Shown one piece after another: positions 25,192-36,531 of a DNA stretch of 64,000 nt. Source of the stretch: a virus; IMG/VR virus record IMGVR_UViG_3300031521_000021, positions 52,624 through 116,623 of that record; one strand, 5' to 3'. The translations under genes were made by a program, and so were the position numbers. Every line of letters starts with the position of its first letter. Position 1 is the stretch's first letter. The notes beneath the pieces were generated by a model that was not told the DNA's origin, did no database searches, and was given only the letters and a program-made list of their open reading frames with translations.

Positions 25192-25398
25192 TTGACAATA
25201 TATTCCGTAGGGTGTAATATAGAGTCATGGAAGAGATAAAAACAAATTAATAGAGAAACAAAAAAACATTTGAAAAAGTATTGACAGACTTGGAAACAAG
25301 TAGTAAACTAATATTCATAGGGAACAAGTTAATAAATTAAAACAATAAAAGAAAAAATATAAAAAAGTATTGACAGTGTTACCAAGTAGTGGTAAGAT
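25192..25398 (+). promoter_or_regulatory. Three tandem sigmaA promoters, 89-bp period
   Basis: TTGACA at 25192, 25281 and 25370, each 17 bp from TAATAT, TAAACT and TAAGAT. Confidence 0.8.
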
Positions 25399-25481
25399 AA
25401 GATTATAGAAATGAAATAGATTAATAGAAATAAAAAAGTAATTTTAAAGGGAAATTAAAAAAATTTATTAATTAAAGGAAG

Positions 25482-26258
25482 GTGGTCAGTATGTTAGATT
25501 TTAAAGAGCAACTGATGGCAATTAAGACAGAAATGGATAAAAAAGAATTAAAGAGTGATAAAATAATAGAAACAAAAGAAATTGTACATAGTAACATTAA
25601 TAATCATAAAACTATGTATAATACTGAAAATAAAAAGATAATAGTTCGTCGTGCTGAGGTATACTGGAGTGACCTTCAAGGGTCTCAAGGATCAGAACAG
25701 GGAGGAGAAAGACCAGTTTTAATAATTCAAAATGATGTTGGTAATACATACAGTCCAACTACAATAGTAGCTGTTATCACATCTCAATTAACTAAAGCAA
25801 AACTTCCTGTACATGTAGAATTGCAGAAAGAAATAAATAATATGCCACAAGATTCAGTAATATTATTTGAGCAAATAAGAACATTAGATAAGAGAAGATT
25901 AAAAGATAAAATATGTGAATTAGATGAATTAATGATGAAAAAAATTGACAAGGCAATAGGAACTTCTTTGGGTATAAAAGTAGCTGAACCAGAACAGGAA
26001 AAAACTTCAAAAACAGAAAAGGCTCCATTAGAAAAATTACATGAAAAATTGAGAAATAAAATTGAAGAAATGTTAGATGATATATATACTTATGAAAAGG
26101 CTTTATGTAAAACAAGAAACGAAAGTTTAAGAAATAATTTAATTGAACAAAGAGAAGCGTTTTTATGGTTACTACAAAATTTTTGTGAAAATAATAAATT
26201 AAACTATAGAGATTATTATAAAAAATATAATCCAGAAAGAGAGACAGTTGCTATGTAA
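25482..26258 (+). CDS. mazF: MazF/PemK (NdoA/EndoA-like) endoribonuclease with N- and C-terminal extensions
   Basis: RRAEVYWSDL..SQGSEQGGERPVLIIQNDVGN.YSPTTIVAVIT...KAKLPVHVEL...DSVILFEQIRTLDKRRL. Confidence 0.93.
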   Translation: MVSMLDFKEQLMAIKTEMDKKELKSDKIIETKEIVHSNINNHKTMYNTENKKIIVRRAEVYWSDLQGSQGSEQGGERPVLIIQNDVGNTYSPTTIVAVITSQLTKAKLPVHVELQKEINNMPQDSVILFEQIRTLDKRRLKDKICELDELMMKKIDKAIGTSLGIKVAEPEQEKTSKTEKAPLEKLHEKLRNKIEEMLDDIYTYEKALCKTRNESLRNNLIEQREAFLWLLQNFCENNKLNYRDYYKKYNPERETVAM

Positions 26259-26286
26259 AATAAAAATATGAAGTGGGTGCAATAAG

Positions 26287-26949
26287 ATGAAAACAAAGAG
26301 AACTATAAAAAAGAGGGTTTTGATAGATATATTTGATATATGGGATGATAAAATTAATGGCGGTGTTTATATTGCAAGAGATAAATTAAAAAAAATGTTT
26401 ATGACAGAATACCCATTTTTAAAATACGAAGAAATTGAAGAAAAAAGGTTAATACTTCATAATTTAACTGTGGCAGAAATAGATATTGGAAAAGAAAAAG
26501 GATTGAAAATTTATGAAATGGAATCTGTAAAATTATATACATCAATATTAAAAAACGAAATGGATAAAGTCGAAGGATATAAAGAAGGGGATACAGGTTT
26601 TTTATATGTGGGAGTTTTAAATAATTATACTGAAAGCCACAAAAAAGAATTAACAAAAAAAGAATTAATAGAAAATTATACAACATGTTATAAAATATAT
26701 GAAAAATATGAAAAGGAGAATGAATATGGACATTTATATAAATTAATAGCGAAATTTAATATCAATCTAGTAAAAGGAAATTTTTCCATACTTCTCAATA
26801 TACTTGAGGAGTTGATACATAATAATGATGATACTGAATATAAAAGAAGTTTTAATGAATTAGAAAGGGAATTAAAAGAAACAAATAGCTTATTATATCA
26901 AAGAGTATCAACATTATTAAAACTAAATAAAAAATTGGAAATAATATAA
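26287..26949 (+). CDS. Helical (possibly TPR-like) protein; candidate peptide receptor or antitoxin
   Basis: Amphipathic helical composition; lies between mazF and the secreted peptide gene. Confidence 0.45.
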   Translation: MKTKRTIKKRVLIDIFDIWDDKINGGVYIARDKLKKMFMTEYPFLKYEEIEEKRLILHNLTVAEIDIGKEKGLKIYEMESVKLYTSILKNEMDKVEGYKEGDTGFLYVGVLNNYTESHKKELTKKELIENYTTCYKIYEKYEKENEYGHLYKLIAKFNINLVKGNFSILLNILEELIHNNDDTEYKRSFNELERELKETNSLLYQRVSTLLKLNKKLEII

Positions 26950-26955
26950 GACAAA

Positions 26956-27026
26956 TCTTTCATATATGTATCAATTAATATAGATGTAATTAAAAAAATC
27001 TATATTAACAATACATATATGAAAGA
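26956..27026 (+). repeat. Long inverted repeat overlapping the peptide RBS region
   Basis: TCTTTCATATATGTAT / ATACATATATGAAAGA (16 bp) plus inner TTAATATAGAT / ATCTATATTAA (11 bp). Confidence 0.85.
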
Positions 27027-27036
27027 GGTGAAACGA

Positions 27037-27141
27037 ATGAAAAAAAGAACTATAAAGGCAACCTTAATAGTAATAGCTATATATGCAACTATGATTTTAT
27101 CAACAATTGTTGCAAGCGCTGGTAGTATAGGGAGAGGATAA
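27037..27141 (+). CDS. 34-aa secreted signalling pre-peptide (AimP/Phr-like), predicted mature GSIGRG
   Basis: MKKRTIKATLIVIAIYATMILSTIVASA|GSIGRG*; RBS gaggtg; basic n-region, hydrophobic h-region, A-x-A cleavage site. Confidence 0.8.
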   Translation: MKKRTIKATLIVIAIYATMILSTIVASAGSIGRG

Positions 27142-27159
27142 TTAAGTACATAAGACAAA

Positions 27160-27195
27160 AAAGAGTAGACAGATAGTTTTGTCTACTCTTTAAAA
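27160..27195 (+). terminator. Intrinsic terminator after the peptide gene
   Basis: AAAGAGTAGACA-loop-TGTCTACTCTTT. Confidence 0.75.
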
Positions 27196-27233
27196 TTACA
27201 AATAAATTAATAAAAATATTTGTAATAATTCTA

Positions 27234-27262
27234 TTGACTTCTTAAAGTGGTAGGATTATACT
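27234..27262 (+). promoter_or_regulatory. sigmaA promoter downstream of the peptide gene
   Basis: TTGACT-17-TATACT, flanked by AATAAATTAA motifs. Confidence 0.7.
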
Positions 27263-27456
27263 ATCAATATAAATAAATTAACAGAAATGAGGTGAAATGA
27301 AATGATAAAAGTTATAATATTTACATTTGGATTAATGGTATTAAACAACTTGGTAAAAATACATATGAAATCGGATATAATTGAACAAGCTATATTAGAT
27401 GAACTTAAGATAATAAAGTAGCAGTTAACGAATTAAAGAAAAAACTAGGAGGATAT

Positions 27457-28707
27457 ATGGATAATACAGACTATAAAAAACTCTATAATGAAGTAAAAAA
27501 AGAATTACAATTAAATAAGAGAACAATAGAAAAATCAAATCTTAAATTAAATAAGTATTATAATGATAATAAGGAAAGAGATGATTTTATTCAAAATTTA
27601 AAAGCAGAGATTACAAATCTAAATAAAATCATAGAGGACAAAGATAATTACAATAAAATAAAAGATGTGAAAATTATTGAATTATCAAGTATGAATCAAG
27701 GGATAGATACTATAATTGTAAGTAATAATAAGTTAAAAAAAGAAATAAATAAACAACAACATGTAATTGATAAATTACAATCTGAAAGCAAGAAAATTAA
27801 TATATTAAGCAATGATGATAAAGATAAATTAAAAAAGATCATTAATCAAAATAAAAGTCTATCAAATGAAATATTAGGATTAAAAAATAAGAATGAGTCA
27901 TTGAAAAACTCATTAGAGGAACTGTTAAAAGAAAAAGATAGCTTTATAAATGTTCATACGAAAAAATTTAATAATTCTATATCTAGAATAATACATATGC
28001 TAAATTACAATCTGTCAATCAATAATGTTGAAGGTTATAGAAATATTAACTCTTTAGCAAGAAGGGTTGAAATATTTTTAGAAAGAAAAGATAAATATAA
28101 GCAAACCACAGATAATAATTTTACTGAAATAAGTAAAGAAGTATTGTTTGGATATGTATTTGAGGATTATAACAAAGCAACTTTTATAGATGTTGAAGGA
28201 AATAAATATTTAATTAGAGAATTAATTGGAAAAGTAAATATGGATGTTCCTGCGAAAGCAATATTAACAAGCGAAAATAGTGTAATTATAAAAGAATTTT
28301 ACAATGGAGATGTTATTGATATAAGTACAGATATTAAAAAATATAAAAAAGATGATAAGAATAAAACCGAAGAAGAAATACTTGATAAAATAAAAGAAGA
28401 TATAGTTCCAATTAATGATTGTAGTGTATTAATTGTTACTGGAAGAAATGAAAAACATTATAAAAAGTATTTAGAATTATATGGTTTAAATATAACAACT
28501 TTTAATCCATTTGAGGAAAATATAAATTTGTTACCTGAAAAGATTAAATCACAAGATGTTATAATTATAATGAAGAATGCAGTATCTCATGATGTTATGA
28601 AAAAGATAGATATATCTGATAATAAAATTCAAGTAATAGGAAGAGATAATATAAAATATATAGTTGCTAGAATAAGATACTATATAATAAACAATAAATT
28701 AATATAA
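27457..28707 (+). CDS. Coiled-coil protein with C-terminal DUF2325-like domain
   Basis: Heptad-rich N-half; VLIVTG...DVIIIMKNAVSHD C-terminus. Confidence 0.55.
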   Translation: MDNTDYKKLYNEVKKELQLNKRTIEKSNLKLNKYYNDNKERDDFIQNLKAEITNLNKIIEDKDNYNKIKDVKIIELSSMNQGIDTIIVSNNKLKKEINKQQHVIDKLQSESKKINILSNDDKDKLKKIINQNKSLSNEILGLKNKNESLKNSLEELLKEKDSFINVHTKKFNNSISRIIHMLNYNLSINNVEGYRNINSLARRVEIFLERKDKYKQTTDNNFTEISKEVLFGYVFEDYNKATFIDVEGNKYLIRELIGKVNMDVPAKAILTSENSVIIKEFYNGDVIDISTDIKKYKKDDKNKTEEEILDKIKEDIVPINDCSVLIVTGRNEKHYKKYLELYGLNITTFNPFEENINLLPEKIKSQDVIIIMKNAVSHDVMKKIDISDNKIQVIGRDNIKYIVARIRYYIINNKLI

Positions 28708-31700
28708 CAAAGTTAACTTAAAATTGAGAATTTACTCAAAAACACATTGAAGGGAGGTGATAGTACATGATTATAGATATTCTAAAGAAGCAAATTGAGA
28801 AACTATATCTAGGTTCAAAGAAAGTATATACAGATGATAGTTGGTTAACTCAAGATGAAATTGATAGGATAATTGAAATAGCTAATAAGTTACAAAAATA
28901 ATACTCTGAAAGGAGGAGGATGAAATAAACAGAAACACTAAAGGTGAATACCCATTATGGGTTAGTTTGAGGATATATGGATGGTATCTTGAAATTAGCC
29001 TATAAGGATTAAAATACAAATAAATTAAGACAAAAATAAATAAAAGAAGGATGATTAAAATGAATCAATTAGAAAGAATAGGAAGAATACTAGGAATAAG
29101 TACAAATATGGACGAAAGCAGATTATGTCTAACAATTCAAGATAAGATTAAAGAAAAAGATAGTAAACTTAAGGAGAAAGATTTTTGTTATTATATGGTT
29201 AAGGCAAAAAATGAGAGATTAGAAAGTCAAGTACATAATTTAAAGAATGAATATGCTGAGAGTATAGGAATACAAGAGCATATGATGTTAAAGAATTCTC
29301 ATGAAAGTTTGAAAAAGAATAATAAAAACCTTTTAGAAGAAAATTATAATTTAAGAACATCTATTGAACAGTATAGAGAAAATGACTTAAAAGATAGAAT
29401 AAAGAAAATTCAGGGAGTGAGATAGATAAATGGAGGAAGGAACGTGTTTAAGAGATTGTATAGCTTATTTATTCAATATCCCTCAAGAAAATATTGAAAA
29501 CTTTATTGAATATGATGATTGGTTAGATAGATTAGAAACTTTTGTTAAATCGTTAGGATACAAAATGATAAAACATGATTATATTAATGAACTTGAAATT
29601 CCAGCAGATAAATATTTAGTTTGGGGAAAATCTGTAAGAGGTAATTATCATTCAGTAGTTCATAGTAAAGGACATTTGGCATTTGACTTTTTAGAAATTG
29701 GAGATAAGGCTAATGAATTTATAATTGATTATTATCATAAGGAATGTGACAAGTGGATACATGGAGTTAAAGATATTTACCAATATGTGTGGTTTGAAAC
29801 AATAAAGGAGTGAGATAAAGATGGCAATTAGAGAAAGAACAAAGAAAAGAAGAAGTAAAATTTTTAAATGAAGTTGTATTTGATGAGAGAAAGATTGATA
29901 AAGTAATTGAAGAAGTTGGGAAATATATACAAGATGATAAAAAGATAAAAGATGAATATATGACAAAATAATATTTAAAGAATGGCTTAAATAGGGACTT
30001 TAGGAAGTGGAATATTATGTTAAAAGGTGAATTTTAAAAGAAAATAAATTAATAGAAACGAGGAAAATAATTATGCAAAATATATTTTATTGTCCTAAAT
30101 GTGGCAAGTATGAAGAGAATTTTAAATTTGAGAATCCAAGACAAGAAAGAGAGTTGACTACATGGGTTAACCTTAGAGATGGTTATGGTAGACATATAAT
30201 GCATATTATATGTCCAAGTTGTAATAATGTATTAGCTGGAATTATGGACGTAACAGGATTTGATGAGGATGATATATGGTATGCTAAAACAACAATAGAT
30301 AAATATAATAAAGAATCAAAAGATAAAGGATATATTACAGATGGTAAATTAGAATGGTTGATTAATGATATTAAAAGCAAGAAAGGAATTGAATAAGATG
30401 AAAAGAGAATTAAGAGATAAACAAAGATTTTATGAAGATTATTCAGGATATAGTGAAGAAGAACTAGATAATAAGTTAAAAGAATTAGGAATAGATATTG
30501 ATAATTTTTCTGAATACAATAGATATATGCCAATACATGAAGTTAAATCAATTATTATACAAAATGAATTATTTGAATTAAGAGATAAAGGATAAATTAA
30601 TAGAAGCAAATAAAATAAATGGAGGAATGTAAAAATGAAAAAAGAATTTGAAATGATATTAGAACAATCTAAAGAGGCACATAAAATAAATAAGGCAATA
30701 CATAAACAAAGATTAGAACAGGAAAAATTAGATAAGCAATTAAAAGAAAAAGAGATAGAAGCTAAAAGGGAAAATAAAATTACTATAATTAACTATGAAA
30801 CGGAGTGTTATTCTAAAGAATTATTAGAATTAATCAAGCAATATAAATTTAGCATTGAATCTTATGAAAGATTTGAAGATATAGATTATGATGATTATTG
30901 TCCAACCTTAGAAATATACTATTGTAATTTTGGTAATTGGAATTTTGAAATTAAAAACTTTAGTGATGTGGATATAGAAGAAGGTATATTTGCAATTGGA
31001 AAAGTAAAAAATATAACAACTAATGAAGAATTAGAGTTTTATTGTGATTTAGGTTGTAGAAATACTGGAAAAGATAAATTAAATCATTTCCTAGATTTTA
31101 TTACATATAACTCTTTACAAGAATATATTAGTGAAAAATATGAAAAATATGTTAAATTACCTAAGTTGCTCAAAGAACAAGATTATAATATTGAAGAAAT
31201 AAATTATTCATTCAAATTAAATGAACCACAAGGATATTTAAAACTAGGTGATAAATTATTTGTAAAAGTGTATAGAGCTTGGAGAGACGATTTTAAATTA
31301 GTTGTCACAAATGATTATAAATGGGACGTAAATTCTGCTAATGACAGTATAAAAAATATCTGGAGCAAGAAAGCATATTTCTTTAATTATAACTCAATAG
31401 ACGATATAAATGAACTTTGTAAATGTATTGAATCTTTTAAAGATGATCAAGCTGGTAGAATCGGCTATATTGAAGATAATTTATATTATAACAATAATAA
31501 TGTAATAAGATTTTTTGATGGACTAAAAACCGAAAAGAATAGAGAAGCATTTAATACTTATTTGATACAAATAGAGAATCAAAATTATTGGGATAAAAGA
31601 GGATATGATGAAGATAATTCTCTAATAACAAATAAATATAAAGGTTTAGAAATGTATGTAAAAACAGAATTAACATTTAACGATGCACGTTCTTGGTCTG

Positions 31701-33074
31701 AGGGAAATTTAGTTAATAAATCAATTTTTACTGTTGAATATGATAAACGTAAAAATGCAGACAAAATAAAATTATCTATAGATAATTACATATATGAATC
31801 AGAGGATGATATTTTAGAGTTTGATAATGATTCAGAAGAATGTAAACACAAGCCATCAGAAAGTACTATTGAGATATATGGTAATTTTACAGAGATATAC
31901 TTAGTATTGGAAGAATATGTACATACTATGTTTAAAATTCATGAAATTGAAATTTAGAAATGGGGCTATTACTTAGTTATAGCCATTGAATATTACCATA
32001 AAATGGCTATTTTACCTAAATATTTTTCATAGTCTTTAGAACATTTTCTAACTTTTAATAGTATAAAATTAACAATATATGGTATAATATATTAAGATTA
32101 AATTTTATTAGGGGTGTTTATATGGAAGATATAAGATATTTTTATATGTACAATAATGAAACTGAAAGTAGTTGTCCTTATTGTGGGAAAGAACTTAACG
32201 ATTTAATTCCTAGTGGAGATGTAAATGATTTTTACAGATGTCCAAATTGTAAAGAAGACTTTAGAGTTATTAGACAAGAAGAAGATTAAATATAAAATCC
32301 CCAATATTGGGGGATTTGAAAGGACGAAATAAATATGATAAATTTTAAAAAGGAATTAATTGAAAAGAGAAAAGTTTTAGATGGTAATGTAAAAATATAC
32401 AATTCTGTTGTAAGAGAGAATTTAGACGATATTAAAAAATTATTTAAAGATTCGGGATTTAAGATTAGTACAGAAAGAAAAAATAATAATAGCCTTACAT
32501 TGCAATTAGGAACACATCAATATATTGATGAAAAATTTAAAAGATGAGAAAAAAGAAATGTTAAATAAATTTATAGAAAGTACTTTTAATGGATTAAAAA
32601 ATGAATTGTTTCAAGAAGTATTAAAGAATAATTTAAATATTTCAGAAATTAGAAATAAATTAATAAAACTAAAATAACTTAAAAGAAGACTTTAAAGGGA
32701 TTTTAAAATAATATGAGGAGGATTTACAATGAATATTAAATTAGAAGTAATTAGACTATATACAGAAGAAGAGAAGAAAAGTAATCCTATGTTTATAGGA
32801 GAAGAAGTTTTAATAGATACTTTTGAAGACATAAAAAATAATTACGAGATAAGACTTATCGATGAAAAGACTAAAAATAGCGTTGTAATCAGCAGAGAGG
32901 GTTTAAAGAATTGTTATATTAGTTATGATAGTAGTTATTTTTTAAATAACAAAGATAAATTATAAGTAATAGCATAATATAAAATCTCGTTTTTAAAGCC
33001 TTTTGGACAAGTAGAATAAGCAATGTGGGGAAGTTTAGGCTTCCCTTGAATTTGAAAATATAAGGAGAAAAACA

Positions 33075-33530
33075 ATGAAATTAAAAGATGTAGAAGATTT
33101 AGAATATCAAGGAAAATTAAGAGATTATATAAGTAAAACTGACACTTTTATGGGACATATAAAAGAATATATGAACAATTTCAATATAGATGATATAGTA
33201 GATGACTTTAAAGAAAATTACAACTCTAATAAAATTATAAGTATTTCAGCTTACATTAGAAGTCTTAATGATAAAGTTGAGAATTATGAAAATATAAATG
33301 GGAACAAAATTCATAAAATATTATTTGAACATGGAGTTACTTATTTAGACGAAAAATTAAATAAGAAAAGAGTTAAACAACAATTTATAGACAAAGGTTA
33401 CTTTATAGAAAGCGATTTTATGCCAATAAAAGATAAAGACGCTGGGATACAAACTATAAGAACAACAATAACTAAAGAAGGACAAGAATGGTTGTTGGGT
33501 AGATTAAAAGAATTTAAATATGTTAAATAA
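33075..33530 (+). CDS. Phage antirepressor KilAC/ANT-like protein
   Basis: QQFIDKGYF...TTITKEGQEWL C-terminus. Confidence 0.7.
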   Translation: MKLKDVEDLEYQGKLRDYISKTDTFMGHIKEYMNNFNIDDIVDDFKENYNSNKIISISAYIRSLNDKVENYENINGNKIHKILFEHGVTYLDEKLNKKRVKQQFIDKGYFIESDFMPIKDKDAGIQTIRTTITKEGQEWLLGRLKEFKYVK

Positions 33531-33546
33531 ATTAATAGAAATAGTG

Positions 33547-33575
33547 TTGACAATAAGAAAATATAGGAATATAAT
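33547..33575 (+). promoter_or_regulatory. Consensus sigmaA promoter
   Basis: TTGACA-17-TATAAT, preceded by AATAAATTAATAGAA (33526-33540). Confidence 0.85.
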
Positions 33576-33728
33576 AATAAATGTAGACAAGTTAACAAAT
33601 TAATATAAAGAAGGGAGATTAAAATGTTGAGTTGCAAAGGTTGTATGAATATACATAGAATATGAAGGTAGAAAATTAAAACAAGATTCAGGATATTGGA
33701 GAATAGGAAGAAAAAGTGATAGGAGGAA

Positions 33729-34220
33729 GTGTTAATGAGTAAGGAAGTAAATATTAGTGATGAAAAAATTGACTACATAGAAACAAATTACTTAAAAAAA
33801 TCTGATAAAGAATTAGCTGTTGAATTAGGATTGACAGAATCAACAGTGAAAAGTACAAGATATAAATGTGGATTTAAAAAACAGAGACAGACTTCAAATA
33901 ATCAGTTAATAACAGAAGATGGTAAAAAGTGGTGTTGGTATTGCAATGAGTTCCATAATTTAAGTATGTTTAATAAAAACAAAAGTAAACCAAGTGGATA
34001 TCAAGATGAATGTAAAATTGCAAACAAACAAATTACAATTGAAAGAAAACAAAAGAAAAATAAATTAAATAATGATATAAAATATAAAATATGTGAAGAT
34101 TGTGAAGAAGAATTACCAATTAATATGTTTATAAAAAATGTAAGCACAAGAGATGGATATTCTAATAAATGTAAAGTATGTTTAAATAAAGATTCAAATA
34201 AAAAATTTAAAATAAATTAA
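33729..34220 (+). CDS. HTH plus two Zn-finger modules
   Basis: SDKELAVELGLTESTV; CWYC...F...GY...C and CEDC...F...DGY...CKVC. Confidence 0.6.
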   Translation: MLMSKEVNISDEKIDYIETNYLKKSDKELAVELGLTESTVKSTRYKCGFKKQRQTSNNQLITEDGKKWCWYCNEFHNLSMFNKNKSKPSGYQDECKIANKQITIERKQKKNKLNNDIKYKICEDCEEELPINMFIKNVSTRDGYSNKCKVCLNKDSNKKFKIN

Positions 34221-34242
34221 AATATTTTTGTAGGTAGAAAAA

Positions 34243-35037
34243 ATGAACAATGATAATATAGCATCAATAATTTATTCAACAATGGAGTATGATAAATTTA
34301 AATTTATAAAATCAAATAGAGGAATCAATAGAAATAATGTAGAAAACTTAAAAGAAAGTATGAGTAAAAAAGCATTACCAATTGCAGTAATAGTTAATGA
34401 GAAATATGAAATGATTGATGGGCAACATAGTTTTACATCTAGAAAAGAATTAGGGCTTCCCATCTTATATCAAATAGTAGAAGGTGCAGGAGAAGAAGAA
34501 ATGATAACTTTAAATGTAAACAAGGCTAATTGGAAACCTGCCGATTATTTAAACTATTTTTGTAATAATCATTTTCCAGAATATAAAAATTTTCAAAGAA
34601 TTAGAAATGAATATGGTGTTCAGATATCAGATTTACTAACCATTATAGATGAATTGAGTGATAATCCAATAGGCGAAAATGCTATAGGAAGAAAATTTAA
34701 AGAAGGTAACTTAGATATGTCTCAAGAACAAAAAATATTAAACTTTTTACATGATCTACAATTATTCAAAGAGTCAGAAAATTATTTAAGTACATATTTT
34801 ATAAGAGCATTCTTGAGATTATATGTTTCTGATTTTTATGATAGTGAATTTATAGAATATAGAACAGGAATATGTATTGATAGGATTAAAAATAATGAAA
34901 AGGGATATACTGATAAACAGTGTAGATTTTTAGCTGATATATACTCTTCTCCAAGAAAAGAAGTATTAGTAGCATACAATGAGAATATAAAATCATTTTT
35001 TAAAATTGGAAAAAGTAAGAAAAGAAACATTCAATAA
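34243..35037 (+). CDS. ParB/Srx-like N-terminal domain protein
   Basis: NRGIN...PIAVIVNEKYEMIDGQHSF. Confidence 0.7.
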   Translation: MNNDNIASIIYSTMEYDKFKFIKSNRGINRNNVENLKESMSKKALPIAVIVNEKYEMIDGQHSFTSRKELGLPILYQIVEGAGEEEMITLNVNKANWKPADYLNYFCNNHFPEYKNFQRIRNEYGVQISDLLTIIDELSDNPIGENAIGRKFKEGNLDMSQEQKILNFLHDLQLFKESENYLSTYFIRAFLRLYVSDFYDSEFIEYRTGICIDRIKNNEKGYTDKQCRFLADIYSSPRKEVLVAYNENIKSFFKIGKSKKRNIQ

Positions 35038-36531
35038 AGGAGATGTGTAAATATGGGGTACTGGGCAAACCAACCAATGGCAGGAGATTATCCTGAAGAT
35101 ATACAGGGAAATTTTAGAGATAGGTTATTAAATTTATTAAATAAAGAACTACTAGATAAATTTAATAGTGATATTCAAGATTTTGAAGTAGGTAAAATAT
35201 ATAACATGAGTGAAATGAATATTGATAAGTATGAAGAAAATATAAATGAATTTATAAATTGGTTACAAAATCAATGTGACACTAATGACGAAAATATCTT
35301 AAATGAAATTGCTAGTATTTATATAGAATCTGCTACAGAGAATGGATTTCATGGTGCAGATAAAAACCATATGGCATTTATATTACCATTATCATTTTTA
35401 GATTGGGATATTAAATTAAATCCAAAATCAAAATTATCTAAATTCTTATTAAGAGTATTAAAATGTACAGATGGGGGTTCTGAAAACAGAGGATATCCAA
35501 TAGAAGAAAATGCTTATCCGAAAGGTATAAATACTCCTAGCGACTTTATCAGAACCTATATAGACAAATGGGACGATTTAGTCAGTGGCAAAGTTGTAAT
35601 GAGAGATATTAAATCTACTAGCAATATTAAAGATATAAAGTTTGGAAATTTATTAAATACAAGATAATTGAGAAGACATTTATGTGTCTTCTTTTACTAT
35701 ATTCAAATCCCAATAAAACTCACATGTTAAAGGGTTTGTTAATAAATTAATGGAATAATACTTGCAATGTATTTTCTGATATGTTATACTTATATCAGAA
35801 ATCAAGAACAAATTAAAAAATCAAAGGAGTTGTTAATAATGAATAATTGGATACATACAGGAGAAACTGAAACAGGCTTAGAAATTTGGGTTAAACAAGA
35901 AATATTAGATAGTGTAAAATATTTAAAGTATCAATATAGGGATTCTTATGGAAAGATATTTTGCAGTCATGAAATAAGTTTTAACCAAGTTAGATTATTG
36001 AATAGTTTAGTAGATACTATAGAATCTGAAAACGGGAAGTAATTTAAGTATATAAAAAATTAATATAAATAAAAAGGATATTGATTAAAATGATAAAAAT
36101 ATTAATATTAAATGAAATGACACAAGGAGTAACAGAAAATAGTATCTATGATGTAATAATAACTGAATACTCTGATTCTGAAGGTCAACAATATGATAAA
36201 GATATCGCAGAAGATGAGACATTTTATTATATAGATGATGATAATAATGAAGGTTATGATTATAGAAATATTAAAACTAAAGAATGTAATGTAGAAGGAA
36301 ATGATTTTAAAATATTTGAATCTGATTTAGAAGTTGCTGAATATCTAATAAAGAAATATAAGTTAAATGTAGCAGTAACTTTAAGTAAAACTAACGTTTA
36401 AAAATAATTTAAAAGGGGTAATTAGAAGACTTTAATTAGTCTTCTTTTTTATTGCTTATGATACACTTATATATTATACTAATATGGGTATAATAATATT
36501 AATATTATAGAATAAACTAAGGACGGATATT

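Noticed and set aside
26287-26949. Direct call as aimR or mazE
   Set aside because: Too short for AimR with no clear HTH; too long and on the wrong side for MazE, so left as a candidate
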